Source: Alphaproteobacteria bacterium (GTDB lineage Bacteria > Pseudomonadota > Alphaproteobacteria > UBA828). Taken from it: 64,000 nt of DNA. The DNA lies in assembly GCA_965221125.1 (NCBI GenBank), contig CBDCRW010000005.1:64001-128000 (forward strand), in the 5' to 3' direction. Below the pieces are notes generated by a model, which had not been told where the DNA came from, did no database searches, and saw only the letters and a program-made list of their open reading frames with translations. The number at the start of each line of letters is the position of its first letter. The first letter of the stretch is position 1. A program made the position numbers and the translations under genes. This document shows positions 27,541-37,598 of this stretch, piece by piece.

Positions 27541-30500
27541 CTACAGTTCCAGCTCGAACTCGTACTCGTAGGTCTTCTCGCGCTTCGGCCGCGCAGGCGG
27601 AGCAGGCCGTCGATCGGCCGGGGCGAGGTCGCCGTCCCTGGCACGCTCCTTCGGCTCCGGTGCGCGCGAGCTTCGCTCTCGCTGTCGCAAGGGCTCTGCG
27701 TCCAGTTCCTGCGGCTCGCGCGCCGCTTCGTCCCTGGCCTTGCCGTCCCTCGCCGGGCCGTCCGGCGGCGACGGCGCGATGGCTTCGAGCGCGGCGATGC
27801 GCTCTCCCGTCGCCGCCTCCAGGCGCTCGCGCAGCGCGCGGCGGTCGTCGGTCACGAGCTCGGCATGAAGGCGCGCGCGGCTGATCTCCACGTAGAAAGT
27901 CTTCTGGGTGGTCAGGTGGGCGTGGTCCGCTTCCATCGCCGCGATCACCCGGTCCACGGTGCGGCCCTGGAAAGCATGCACGGTCGCCGCCCAGGCCCGG
28001 TCGACATGGCGCAGCTGGGGATCGCTTTTGGGCAGCGTCAGCGCCCGGCCGTCCTCCAGTCGGAGCTCAACAGCGGCGTCGCCGACCGCCGTCACCTCCG
28101 CCGTGCCGCTGTTCACCAGCCCGTGCCTCCTGTCGTTGCGGGTCCAGCATACGCGGTCGCCCCCGCGAAGCTCCATGGCGTCCACGGCGTAGACCTCCAC
28201 CCCGCCGCGTCGTGCCGCCAGCCTCGCGGGTTCCCAGGCGACGGCCGTGCCGTGCCTGCCCTGGAGCGTCACCACACCCGCCGCCCGGTCGACACCGGCG
28301 ACGCAGAGCTCGTCGCCCTTGTCGACCCCGAGACGCTTGTAGGGGCGGTGGAAGGCCACGACGTCACCGGGGACGTAGTTGGCAGCGAGCGCCTTCTCCG
28401 CATTGGTATAGCCGCGCGAGACCAGCTTCTCGCCGTCCATCGCAGGCCCGTCGACGATGCCGTCGCGGATCAGGCGCTCGCGGACGATGGCATTGATCTT
28501 CTCCCTCAGCGCATGGCTGGGGGCCATCAGCCCCGTGGCCTCCCGCTCTTCTGCCGAGAGCGCAAGCCAGCGCGCGGCCGCAGCCCCCGCGAGATTGTCC
28601 GCCTTCACCTCCGCGACGTTATCGCCGAGCTTTTGGAAGGCCCGGTGGATGTCGCCTGCGAGGCTGGCCTCGACGGCCTCTTTCAGCGCCAGCTCACGCT
28701 GGCGAACGATCTCGTCCATCGTCGCGCACGTCATGCCGGCGGCCTGCAGCTGCGCGAAGGGCTTGCCGGCATCGACGGCATCGAGCTGCTTCTCGTCGCC
28801 CACCAGCACCACGCGGGGAATGCGGAGCGTGTCGGCGATCCTGAGCAGGTCGCGCGCCTGCGCGGTGGAGGCGAGGGAGCCCTCGTCCACCACCAGCACG
28901 GTCTTGCGGAACCGTGCCCTCATGGCCCGCTCGCCCTTGCGGGAGAGCCGGCCTTCCGCGACGCCCGCGTTGCGGGCGAGGAAGCCCTGCAGGGTCTCGC
29001 TCGCAATGCCGGCCTCGGCATCCAGGGTGCGCGCGGCAGAGGCCGACGGCGCCAGGCCCCTGACCTCGAAGCCGCGCTTCTCCAGCAATGCGCGCGCCCG
29101 GTTCAGCATTGTGGTCTTGCCGGTTCCCGCATAGCCCTGCACGCCCACGACGCGATCCTTGTCGGACAGGATCAGCTTCACGGCCTGCTTCTGCCCGGCC
29201 GTGAGAGGGCCGTTGCGGAGCGCCTTGTCGACGGCGCGCCCGCGCATGGGAGCAGCACCCCGACCCTGTCCGCGTTCCATGAGGGCAATGGTCTCGCGCT
29301 CGTCGGCGACGGTCCTGTCGGTGGTGAGCGAATCCCCCGGCACGGGGTAGTCCGCAGCCAGCAGGGTGCCGGCCTTCTGGAGCCGCGTGACGGCGGCCTC
29401 CGCCTCGCCGATGCTCACCTTGCCGGGATTCCAGGCGAGGGTCGAGGTGAGGAGATCGGTTCGCGAGAATACCGCCCCTCTCTCGGAGAGGTGCGCCACG
29501 GCCCAGGCGGCCGCCCGGTCCACTTCCGCCGTCGTACCAGGCTCCGCCTCCCGGTGCTGGCCTGCACGGGCGAGGGGTCGGTCTCCACAGGCCGCCTGCC
29601 GGTGCCGGGCCTCGTCGACGAACTCGCGAGCATCGAAGCCCAGTTCCGAGGCCTGTCTCTGCCAGCTCTCGCGCAGGGCGACCCTGTCCACCTCGCGCTT
29701 GTGGGCGCGGGTCATCAGCGCCGCGCGCGCCGCCAGATGGGGATTGCTTCCGGGATCGCCCTGGCCGCGCGCGTCCATCGCCGCCTCGATCTCGGCACGC
29801 CTGGTGGAGAAGGCCTCGACGATGGACCGCGATACGGGGGAACGCCCCGGTACAGGGGAACGCCCTGGTGCAGGGGAACGCCCTGGTGCACCCGCAATCT
29901 CGAACCGCCCGTCCGCGTGGGTCTTCTCGATGCCGTAGCCGAGCTCCTCCAGGCCTCTCGCCAGCTCGGCGCGGTAGAGCGCACCGATCAGCATCTTGGA
30001 CGCATAGAGCTTCTCGTTGGCCATGGTGCGCCACTTGGCGGAGCGGGGCGTTCCCCCGGACCGGGGTGTTCCCCCGTCCTGGCCCTGCACCATGTTCGCA
30101 ATCACCGCATGCGTGTGGAGCTGTGGATCGAGATTGCGCGAGACTTCGTGGCGGAAGGTGGCGATCACCGCCTTCTGGTCGCCGGTGCGCACCATGCGGC
30201 CGCTGTCTGCATCCATCGTCCTGGTCTCGACCGCGTTCTTCTCGATCCAGGCGAGGGTCTTGCGGACAGCGGCGTCGTGGGCGGCGACGATGCGCTCGTC
30301 GCCGCCGATCAGGGCCGCGATGGACACGGACTTGGGCGCGGAGAAGGTGACGTCACGGCCGGGGCGGTGGTCGATCGTGCCGTCCCCCAGCCTGCGGCCG
30401 AGCCGGCGGCCGGAGCCGTCGGGGACTTCGCCCGCGAGGATGTCGCTGAAGACGTCCGGATCGACCGACCCGGAGAGCCCCAGAGCGTCCGCGCCCCTGC

Positions 30501-30615
30501 CCGCCCAGGCGCTGGCCTCCCTGTGCGCCGGATCTTCCTTCGCGTAGTAGCCATCTCTCTCATAGTAAGAGACGCCCTGGGCGGGCGAGGCGATGGCGCC
30601 GATCGAGGCGACCAT
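27541..30615 (-). CDS. MOB-F (TrwC/TraI-type) relaxase-helicase
   Basis: GVSYYERDGYYAKE, DVTFSAPKSVS, FRHEVSRNLDPQLHTHAVIAN, FSTRRAEI; helicase QGYAGTGKTT, VDEGSL, GDEKQL, TVHAFQGRT. Confidence 0.95.
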   Translation of the reverse strand: MVASIGAIASPAQGVSYYERDGYYAKEDPAHREASAWAGRGADALGLSGSVDPDVFSDILAGEVPDGSGRRLGRRLGDGTIDHRPGRDVTFSAPKSVSIAALIGGDERIVAAHDAAVRKTLAWIEKNAVETRTMDADSGRMVRTGDQKAVIATFRHEVSRNLDPQLHTHAVIANMVQGQDGGTPRSGGTPRSAKWRTMANEKLYASKMLIGALYRAELARGLEELGYGIEKTHADGRFEIAGAPGRSPAPGRSPVPGRSPVSRSIVEAFSTRRAEIEAAMDARGQGDPGSNPHLAARAALMTRAHKREVDRVALRESWQRQASELGFDAREFVDEARHRQAACGDRPLARAGQHREAEPGTTAEVDRAAAWAVAHLSERGAVFSRTDLLTSTLAWNPGKVSIGEAEAAVTRLQKAGTLLAADYPVPGDSLTTDRTVADERETIALMERGQGRGAAPMRGRAVDKALRNGPLTAGQKQAVKLILSDKDRVVGVQGYAGTGKTTMLNRARALLEKRGFEVRGLAPSASAARTLDAEAGIASETLQGFLARNAGVAEGRLSRKGERAMRARFRKTVLVVDEGSLASTAQARDLLRIADTLRIPRVVLVGDEKQLDAVDAGKPFAQLQAAGMTCATMDEIVRQRELALKEAVEASLAGDIHRAFQKLGDNVAEVKADNLAGAAAARWLALSAEEREATGLMAPSHALREKINAIVRERLIRDGIVDGPAMDGEKLVSRGYTNAEKALAANYVPGDVVAFHRPYKRLGVDKGDELCVAGVDRAAGVVTLQGRHGTAVAWEPARLAARRGGVEVYAVDAMELRGGDRVCWTRNDRRHGLVNSGTAEVTAVGDAAVELRLEDGRALTLPKSDPQLRHVDRAWAATVHAFQGRTVDRVIAAMEADHAHLTTQKTFYVEISRARLHAELVTDDRRALRERLEAATGERIAALEAIAPSPPDGPARDGKARDEAAREPQELDAEPLRQRERSSRAPEPKERARDGDLAPADRRPAPPARPKREKTYEYEFELEL
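29837..30075. repeat. Two in-frame 18-bp tandem repeat blocks, mutually inverted, inside the relaxase gene
   Basis: 3 x GGGGAACGCCCYGGTRCA (29837-29890) and 2 x GGASCGGGGYGTTCCCCC (30040-30075). Confidence 0.85.
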
Positions 30616-30616
30616 T

Positions 30617-32647
30617 TCAGAATTTGACCCAGGGCGGCAGCGTCTTCTTCTCTTCCGCCGGCGTGCCGGTCGCCGCCTTCTCCGTGCCTTCGCCTGACGA
30701 GGACGCGGCTCGATTGCCGTCAGGGTCGGCAGCGGCCGACCCCTGGGGCAGCCGCTCCTGTCCGTTCCGCGCATCGTCGCCGTCAGGCCGGGATTTTCCG
30801 ACCTGCGCTTCCTCTGCCGTTTCCGGCGCACCGGCTTCGCCGGGTGCCCCATCGCCGGCCAGGTGCGTCAGTCGCGCCGGCGGTTCGCCGGCAAAGCCCG
30901 GATCGTGGCTGTCGTCCGGCCTCGGCACGAAGCGCACCGCGACGATGTCCCGCTTGCGGTACTTCAGCCTGATCCTGGTCACCGGCAATTCGCCGGGGAA
31001 CTTCAGAAAGCCGGACAGGTTCTCAAGACGCGACACTTCGGAGGGCAGCACCAACGCACGCTCTTCGCGCCTCGTGCTCAGCGTCACGCCGCCGTGCGCG
31101 GTCTCGTAGCTCACGCCCTCGGAGAGAGTCTCGACCTCCACCTTGCCCAAGCTCTCCGCCGACCACTCGGACGTGTCCTTGTCGGGCGACGCCAACACGA
31201 CCCGGGTGCCGCACAGCCCCGAGATCGTCTGCGCAAGGTCGCGCCCGTAGAGGTCGCGCAGAGCGGAGAACACCTGCACGCCGAGCACGAAGCAGCCCCC
31301 GTACTGTCGGCTCTCCGCAAGGCCGGACCCGAGGCTCGGGAGCTGGTGCAACGTCGGCAGCTCGTCCAGGATCACCCAGATGCGGCGTGAATCGGAGCGC
31401 GACAGCGAGAGCAGCGAGTTGACCGCGATCTCCAGCCAGGTGGAGATCAGCCCCCGCAGACTCGCGTGCTGGTCGCCCCGCGACGTGAGAAACAGGCAGC
31501 CGCCACTTCCCTCGTGCTCGATCCACTTCCTGATGGAGAAGGGGTCGCCCTCGTCGGGCAGCACCTCCATGGCGCCGATGTTGGCGGTGAGCATGGCGCG
31601 AACCGAGAGCGCCGTCTTCGGGTTGGCGAGATCGACGATGGACTGGGTCACGGTGCCCTCCATGGCCTCCGCGAGTTCGCTCAGATCGGTCTTGAGCAGA
31701 CGGTCCACCAGCACCCGGTTGCGTGTCTCTCCCCGTTGCCAGAGCACGGCCGCGCCATGAGAGAAGAGCTGGCGTGCGGCAGTGATCCAGAAGGGATCGG
31801 CGGCGTCCTTCTGGCGGGGGATCAGCGCCGCCGCCATCGTGTCGAAGTCCAGCGCGGTGCGGGCCTCGAGGAAGGGCGACCAGCGCGGCGCGCGGTCGTC
31901 GAGGGGATTGAGCAGGACGTCCCGGCGCTTGTCGAAGAAGGTTTCGGTATAGCTCCCCATCTTGTCGTAGATGACGCAATGCTCGCCCCGGCTGCGGATT
32001 TGCTCGACCAGGTCCGAGATCAGCACCGTCTTGCCCGAGCCCGTGGTGCCGGAGACGATCGTGTGGTGCCTCTCGGCACCCTTCGGCCAGGGGATGCCGG
32101 CGATCAGGTAGGGCTGGGCCTCCGCGGGGCGGTTCCGCAGCAACAGCCGACGACGCCATGGCAGGGAGCGGCGCCTCAGCTCCTTCGCGCTTGCCAACTC
32201 GCCGCCCCGCAGGCGCTTGCCGCGCCCCAGTCTTCGCCCCAACAGGCGCAGCCCGAACAGGACGGCGACGGCGAGGACCGCACAGGCGCCGCCGCCGAGC
32301 AGGGCGGAGTCGACGGCATCCCCCAGCAAGCGCTCGCGAAGATCGAGGATCTTCGGGTGTGTCGCGATGGTGTCGAGGGTCATGACCAGGACGGTTCCGT
32401 CCACGTCGCGGATCTTCTTGGTCTTGTCGGGCTTGAAATCGGCCAAGAGCATGAACTCGCTCAGCGCGTAGACGCCGAAGACGTGCCAGTCGTGGTTGGT
32501 GTAGTCGCTGGTGGTCTTCCAGATCGCGGCGCCCAGGCCCGCAAGGATGACGCCGATGCCGATCCACCAGCCGAACCTGAACCACGTGCGGAAACCCCTG
32601 GTAGCAACCCGGAGCCCGCGCCCGGTGTCGCCGCCCACCCCGGTCAT
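30617..32647 (-). CDS. Type IV coupling protein (TrwB/TraD-like)
   Basis: N-terminal TM helices, LRGGEL, SGTTGSGKT, IYDKMGSY, LNPLDDR..RWSPF, ILDELPTL, ESRQYGG. Confidence 0.93.
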   Translation of the reverse strand: MTGVGGDTGRGLRVATRGFRTWFRFGWWIGIGVILAGLGAAIWKTTSDYTNHDWHVFGVYALSEFMLLADFKPDKTKKIRDVDGTVLVMTLDTIATHPKILDLRERLLGDAVDSALLGGGACAVLAVAVLFGLRLLGRRLGRGKRLRGGELASAKELRRRSLPWRRRLLLRNRPAEAQPYLIAGIPWPKGAERHHTIVSGTTGSGKTVLISDLVEQIRSRGEHCVIYDKMGSYTETFFDKRRDVLLNPLDDRAPRWSPFLEARTALDFDTMAAALIPRQKDAADPFWITAARQLFSHGAAVLWQRGETRNRVLVDRLLKTDLSELAEAMEGTVTQSIVDLANPKTALSVRAMLTANIGAMEVLPDEGDPFSIRKWIEHEGSGGCLFLTSRGDQHASLRGLISTWLEIAVNSLLSLSRSDSRRIWVILDELPTLHQLPSLGSGLAESRQYGGCFVLGVQVFSALRDLYGRDLAQTISGLCGTRVVLASPDKDTSEWSAESLGKVEVETLSEGVSYETAHGGVTLSTRREERALVLPSEVSRLENLSGFLKFPGELPVTRIRLKYRKRDIVAVRFVPRPDDSHDPGFAGEPPARLTHLAGDGAPGEAGAPETAEEAQVGKSRPDGDDARNGQERLPQGSAAADPDGNRAASSSGEGTEKAATGTPAEEKKTLPPWVKF

Positions 32648-33321
32648 TGCGAAGTCTCCCCCTCTGCGGCAGCTGCCGGGGCACCGGCAGCGCCGCTCCT
32701 GTCATGGACGTTGCCGCCAGTAGAGGAACCGGCCAGTTCCCTGAAGCGGGCGAGCCAGCGCTCTGCCGCGGCATCGGGCGCGAGCGGGCGGATGGTGCGG
32801 CGCAGCGGCGGGAAGGGCGTCCTGGCGCCGCCCACACCGAGATCGCGTCTTTCCGCAGCGTCGGTCATTCTGGCGACGAAGTGGAGCACCTCGCTCCAGT
32901 CTTCCGGCGGCTCCGGGTCGAGGCCTGCGGCCCCGCGCACCGCCCTGTCGACAGCGGCGCCCAGCGCCTTGGCGCGTGCCGCCGTCCTGACCGATGCGGG
33001 GAGACCCGCCTCTTCGTCGCCGAGCCAGGCGGCACGCGCAGGCTTGAGAAGTGCGTGGAGCGCCAGGCAGCGGCAGTCTTCGCCGGCGATGCCCTCCAGC
33101 GCCTCGATTTCCCCGGACATGGTGAGCCCGTGCTGGGCGAGCGAGAGGAAGCGCTGCGTGCGTCCGCCCCAGCGGCAGGTGTTGGCCAGCACATGGGCGA
33201 TCGCCTCGACGTCCACGTCGATGTCCGCGCCCCGCTCCGGATCGCCGGGCCAGCGAGGCGGCGGCGACTGGTTCGATCGCGAGTGCCGGCGGCGCTTGAC
33301 GGGGGATACTTGGTCGGTCAT
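32644..33321 (-). CDS. YfbR/DatZ-like HD-fold protein with degenerate active site
   Basis: IAHVLANTCRWGGRT..FLSLAQH matches the family, but the usual LLHDAxEAYxGD reads LLKPARAAWLGD. Confidence 0.7.
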   Translation of the reverse strand: MTDQVSPVKRRRHSRSNQSPPPRWPGDPERGADIDVDVEAIAHVLANTCRWGGRTQRFLSLAQHGLTMSGEIEALEGIAGEDCRCLALHALLKPARAAWLGDEEAGLPASVRTAARAKALGAAVDRAVRGAAGLDPEPPEDWSEVLHFVARMTDAAERRDLGVGGARTPFPPLRRTIRPLAPDAAAERWLARFRELAGSSTGGNVHDRSGAAGAPAAAAEGETSQ

Positions 33322-33569
33322 CGTCTCGATCCTCGTGAAGTTCCTTGGGTTGTGCCGTTGTTCATCGAGGACAGGAGGGCGCTGGCGGAAGCCGGTGGTG
33401 GAGGCCAGCACCCCGGGATCGGCCCCCGATATCGTTTCGGCGGGAATGATTGAATTCGGGAAAGCCGGCACGGAGGCGCGAACCGCCGTGCCGGCAACCC
33501 GTCAGACGCCCGGTGCCGATCCGGCCGATGCTGCCGGCGGCCGGGCCCGCGAGAACAGCTCCGGCACCG

Positions 33570-33884
33570 TCATCGCCGCCCCCGGTCTGGCGCCTGGCCG
33601 GCCTCGCACCGGAGCTCCGCCCACAAACCCTTGAAGACCTTGAATGTCAGCGCCGCCAATGCGAGCAACAGCGACACGCAGAGCGTGAGCATCAGCACGA
33701 CGATGAGGGTTTCGATCTCGCAGGTGCTCCAGGAGGAAAACTCCGCCGCGGTTCCCGACAGGGTCTCTCTATATTCCGTCGGCAGAGGCGGGGACGTCTC
33801 CGCATATGCCGGGGCGGCCTGCGGGATGACCGGCGCAGGCTCCCCGGTCTGCTTGCCCAGCGGCAGACCGGCGCCGACCGTCAT
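33570..33884 (-). CDS. Small membrane protein, hypothetical
   Basis: One long hydrophobic segment; ATGA overlap with the upstream HTH gene. Confidence 0.55.
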   Translation of the reverse strand: MTVGAGLPLGKQTGEPAPVIPQAAPAYAETSPPLPTEYRETLSGTAAEFSSWSTCEIETLIVVLMLTLCVSLLLALAALTFKVFKGLWAELRCEAGQAPDRGRR

Positions 33885-34171
33885 CGCCGTACCCTCCCGG
33901 AGCCGTCGGCGCCGTCATCGTCGTCGTCCTCGTCATTCTCCTCGTCCCCGTCGTTCGGGATCGGACCCTGCAGCCCGTCGTCGGAGGTCGAATGCCTGCG
34001 CCGCTTCGACGCCCACTTGATGACGTCGGACAGCAGATAGCGCACGACGCCTTCGAGGTCATAGTAAGGCGGACCCCCACCGCGGGAGCGGTAGCTCTCC
34101 AGCGTACGCGGGCTCAGGCCCAGGTACTCCGCCACCCTCTTGGTGGATATGAACTGAGCGTTCTCGTCCAT
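33881..34171 (-). CDS. Excisionase/AlpA-like HTH protein
   Basis: ISTKRVAEYLGLSPRTLESYRSRGGGPPY...VRY..SDV.KW; GGAG RBS before ATG 34171. Confidence 0.88.
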   Translation of the reverse strand: MDENAQFISTKRVAEYLGLSPRTLESYRSRGGGPPYYDLEGVVRYLLSDVIKWASKRRRHSTSDDGLQGPIPNDGDEENDEDDDDDGADGSGRVRR

Positions 34172-35211
34172 TTCTTTCTCCCATGTGTCCTGCCGCATCG
34201 ACCGCAACAGGCGTGACGCCGTCCCCGACCGAGGCCCGCACCTGGCTCCACCGCACTCGCGGTGTTCGCCATCAAGGCACTCATCTCTTGGTCGGTGCCG
34301 GGCGTCGGGACCCGTCCCCGCCCCGGCCTGAGCACGAAGCCGGGACCGCTCATTGCCCTCTCGCCGAGCCTTTGCGGCTCGATGCTGTGCACCTCGGTGC
34401 TGTCGAACGGCGCGTGACGGCTGCCTGGGGCAATGCGGTCGATGTGGAGTGATGTGCTCATGGGGAGAACATATAGGGATCAAACTCCTCCTGACAACTG
34501 GAGAGAACCCTCCAAGCAACTGTAGCGAAACGGTTATTCGCTACATATAGACGACATAAGACGACATAGGCGGACAGGAGTACGCTGGAGTACGATCCTG
34601 TAGGCGATCAAATTTTCGTGATGCCGGCACGGTCCTACCGGGCGCGAGACTTCGCCGTCATCGGCCGCAAGTGCCACAGGGTCGGCGGTTGGCGGGAATT
34701 CGGAAAGCGGAGGGTGCCTGCCACCGGAGACATCGCGATGCTCGCGGAACTCCTCGATGGTTATGCCAGAGAACCACCCCGAACCTCGAACCATCGCTGT
34801 GTCGGCGTGACCCCGGCGAGGCGGCCGCTTTCCGATGAGCCGGTCTCGGCCAACCCGCGGTCGACATTTTCGAGATGGAAGCCAACACCGCTACCGGCTC
34901 GCACCAAGCGCCCGAAAGGGGAGAACGTCACATTTTGGGCAGCTCAATGTGGCACATGAAAGGGAGCTTCGGCATCACCGTCGAGCGGCGTCGAGAGTGA
35001 GCGCGAGCTGATGCTGCCGCAGGCGCTCACCAAGCGGCTGGTGAACCCTGCACCGCCCAACGACGTCACGGAGGGGTATGCGGCCAATTGGACGATGGAG
35101 CAGTCGCACGGACCGGCCCAGCGTATAGCCGATCGCATCGAGGCGCTGAGAGAGAGTTGGGATTCCATTGGGAACCGGGCGGATGAAGACGCCCGGGCCC
35201 AGCATTTGCGG

Positions 35212-36165
35212 TCATACAGCCAACGGTCGGGTGATCTTCCTCAAGGTATCGGCGAAGGTCTGGCTGACCAGCGTCAGAGCCACGCCTCGGCGGGTGACCA
35301 ACTCTATCTTCGTGTTGAGACGGTAGGTTTCGGGCAGGAGGCTGCGCATTTGCCCGCTTTCCACCCACCGCTCGGCGTAGGAGACGGGCAGATAGCCGAT
35401 GTGCCATCCGGACAGGATGAGGAAAGCCACGCCCTCGATCTGGCGGGCCGCCGCGGTCGATGGCAGATCTCCGGTGAGTGGTGCGACCTGCCGCTCGGAC
35501 AGATAGGCGCGGTGGACAAGATCGGCCGCCTGCAAGTCATCGCTGTCGATCCCTTCCGGAGCCCGGTCGAAGAGTGCGTGATCCTTGCCGCAGTAGAGCT
35601 CCACCGGATCGTCGTAGAGGGCCTCGTAGGCCAGGCCCGGGCGGTGCTGGTGGAACACGCCGATCCCCAGGTTGACCCTGTTCTCCAGCACGGCGCGTTC
35701 GATCTCGTCCGGCGCCAGCGTGTGGAAGTGAACATGGACCTGCCGGGCCTTCGACCTGAAAGCGCGGAGCACGTCGGCCAGCGGATAGCCACTATCGGTG
35801 GCCCAGTTGTCGATCACGGCGATCGAGAGCTCGCCGATCAGCTCGCCGCGAAGCGCGCCCACTGTGGCACGGAAACTCTCCAGCGCGGTTGCGAGGTGCT
35901 GGCAGGCCTCGTACACGATCCGCCCCTTGTCCGTCAGGCGGAAGCCGGCGCGTCCTCGTTGACAGAGGCGCATACCGAGGCGCCTTTCGAGATCGCCGAT
36001 CTGGCGGCTGATGGTCGACTGGCCGACGTTCAGGGCAACCTGCGCCGGGGCGAACCCGCCGCACTCCGCGACCGTCATGAAGACCGCGAGCATGTGTAGA
36101 TCGGCCTTGTGAAGACGCGGGGTGGCGGCCGCGTCCGGTGGCCTGTCGTTTGCCCTTTCCTGCAT
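35212..36165 (-). CDS. LysR-family regulator
   Basis: DLHMLAVF.TVAECGGFAPAQVALNVGQSTISRQI.DLE.RLG..LC.RGRAGF.LT. Confidence 0.95.
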   Translation of the reverse strand: MQERANDRPPDAAATPRLHKADLHMLAVFMTVAECGGFAPAQVALNVGQSTISRQIGDLERRLGMRLCQRGRAGFRLTDKGRIVYEACQHLATALESFRATVGALRGELIGELSIAVIDNWATDSGYPLADVLRAFRSKARQVHVHFHTLAPDEIERAVLENRVNLGIGVFHQHRPGLAYEALYDDPVELYCGKDHALFDRAPEGIDSDDLQAADLVHRAYLSERQVAPLTGDLPSTAAARQIEGVAFLILSGWHIGYLPVSYAERWVESGQMRSLLPETYRLNTKIELVTRRGVALTLVSQTFADTLRKITRPLAV

Positions 36166-36329
36166 GCTAACATTTCATGAGTGATGTATTTGGCAACTGA
36201 GAGTAGCACTATGATCGCTCCATGGACGAGGGGTCAGGCACGCGAGGCGAGGAGGCAACTGCCACATCGATCCATTGTCGAGGCGCCCGCCGTGCATGGC
36301 TCCAGCATGATGAATCGCAGGAGAATACA

Positions 36330-37304
36330 ATGAAGACTTTCAAGTGGCGCCGCGGCTTGTGTGCGGCCGTGTTTCTCGTCGGCCTTTCGCCCGTCATCGG
36401 CGTCGCGCCTGCCCAGTCGGCAGATATCGTCGTGGGCGTTCCCAATTGGCCGTCGGCAGCGGCTACCGCGAACATCCTAAAGGTGGTGCTGGAGGACAAT
36501 CTAGGCCTGGAAGTGGAACTTCAGAACGGCACCAACCCCGTCATCTTCGAGGCGATGGACACCGGCAGCATGCATGTGCATCCGGAGGTCTGGCTGCCCA
36601 ACCAGACCAATCTGCACGACAAGTACGTCAAATCGAAGGGTACGGTCAGAATGAGCCCCAACGGCGTGTCCTCGTTTCAGGGCATGTGCGTGACGAAGGC
36701 AAGTGCCGACCGTACCGGCATCACTGCGATCGCCGATCTTGCTGATCCCGACATGGCGAAGAACTTCGACTCGAACGGCGACGGCCTGGGTGAAGTGTGG
36801 GTCGGAGCATCGGGCTGGGCTTCGACGAATATCGAGAAGATCCGCGCCAAGAGCTACGGCTACGACGAGACCATGGAGCTGCTGGAAATGGACGAGGCGT
36901 TGGCAATGGCCGATGTCGACGCCGCGGTCGCAAAGGATGCCAACCACGTCTTCTATTGCTACACGCCCAACCACATGTTCGCGCTGTACGATCTGGTCAT
37001 CCTGGAGGAGCCTCCGTATGACGAGTCTAAGTGGGTGATCATCCAGCCGACCGACGACCCCGAATGGCTGGAAAAATCGAGCGCGCCGGTTGCGTGGGAT
37101 CTGGCCTGGCTGCACGTGCACTATGCGGCATCCCTGGAGGAGTCGCATCCGGAGGCCGCGGCCCTGCTGAGCAAGATCGCGCTGACCACCGACCAGGTGT
37201 CCCACATGACCTTCGGCCTCGTGGTCGAGAAGATGAGCCCCGCCGACTATGCCGTGCAGTGGGCGCAAGACAACGCCGATCTCGTCGACTCGTGGATGAA
37301 GTAA
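36330..37304 (+). CDS. Glycine betaine/proline-type ABC substrate-binding protein (ProX/OpuAC-like)
   Basis: Signal peptide; PNWPS, HPEVWLPN, FYCYTPN; linked to ProV/ProW-type genes. Confidence 0.88.
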   Translation: MKTFKWRRGLCAAVFLVGLSPVIGVAPAQSADIVVGVPNWPSAAATANILKVVLEDNLGLEVELQNGTNPVIFEAMDTGSMHVHPEVWLPNQTNLHDKYVKSKGTVRMSPNGVSSFQGMCVTKASADRTGITAIADLADPDMAKNFDSNGDGLGEVWVGASGWASTNIEKIRAKSYGYDETMELLEMDEALAMADVDAAVAKDANHVFYCYTPNHMFALYDLVILEEPPYDESKWVIIQPTDDPEWLEKSSAPVAWDLAWLHVHYAASLEESHPEAAALLSKIALTTDQVSHMTFGLVVEKMSPADYAVQWAQDNADLVDSWMK

Positions 37305-37598
37305 AGCGGTTGGTCGTCTTAGCGACGCCGGTGCGCATGAAATCCGGTCGTTGCTGGACGGCTCATGCGGAAGGGAACGACCTTAGCGGCCCCACTCTGA
37401 ACCGGTGCCTGAGTGAGGCTGCGTGAGATGGGCGATGCGACGGCATCGCCCATCTTTCTTTCTCCGACGGACACGCCCTCGCCATTGCCGCGCGAGCCAG
37501 CAACGGCGGTGATTGGCTCAACTTTCCTTGTCTCTCGGTACACGTACCACTTGCACGCGCTGCATGCGCACCTTTCCCGCGCCTGTTTCCCGGTTGAG

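Noticed and set aside
29837-30075. GTGTTCCCC-containing repeats resembling a type I-E CRISPR repeat start
   Set aside because: Units abut without unique spacers, lie in frame within the relaxase, and no cas genes are present.
27292-30627. 1111-aa plus-strand ORF and other long overlapping ORFs (e.g. 19347-21866, 31466-33634, 39818-41803)
   Set aside because: Antisense shadows of well-supported genes in high-GC DNA; no motifs.
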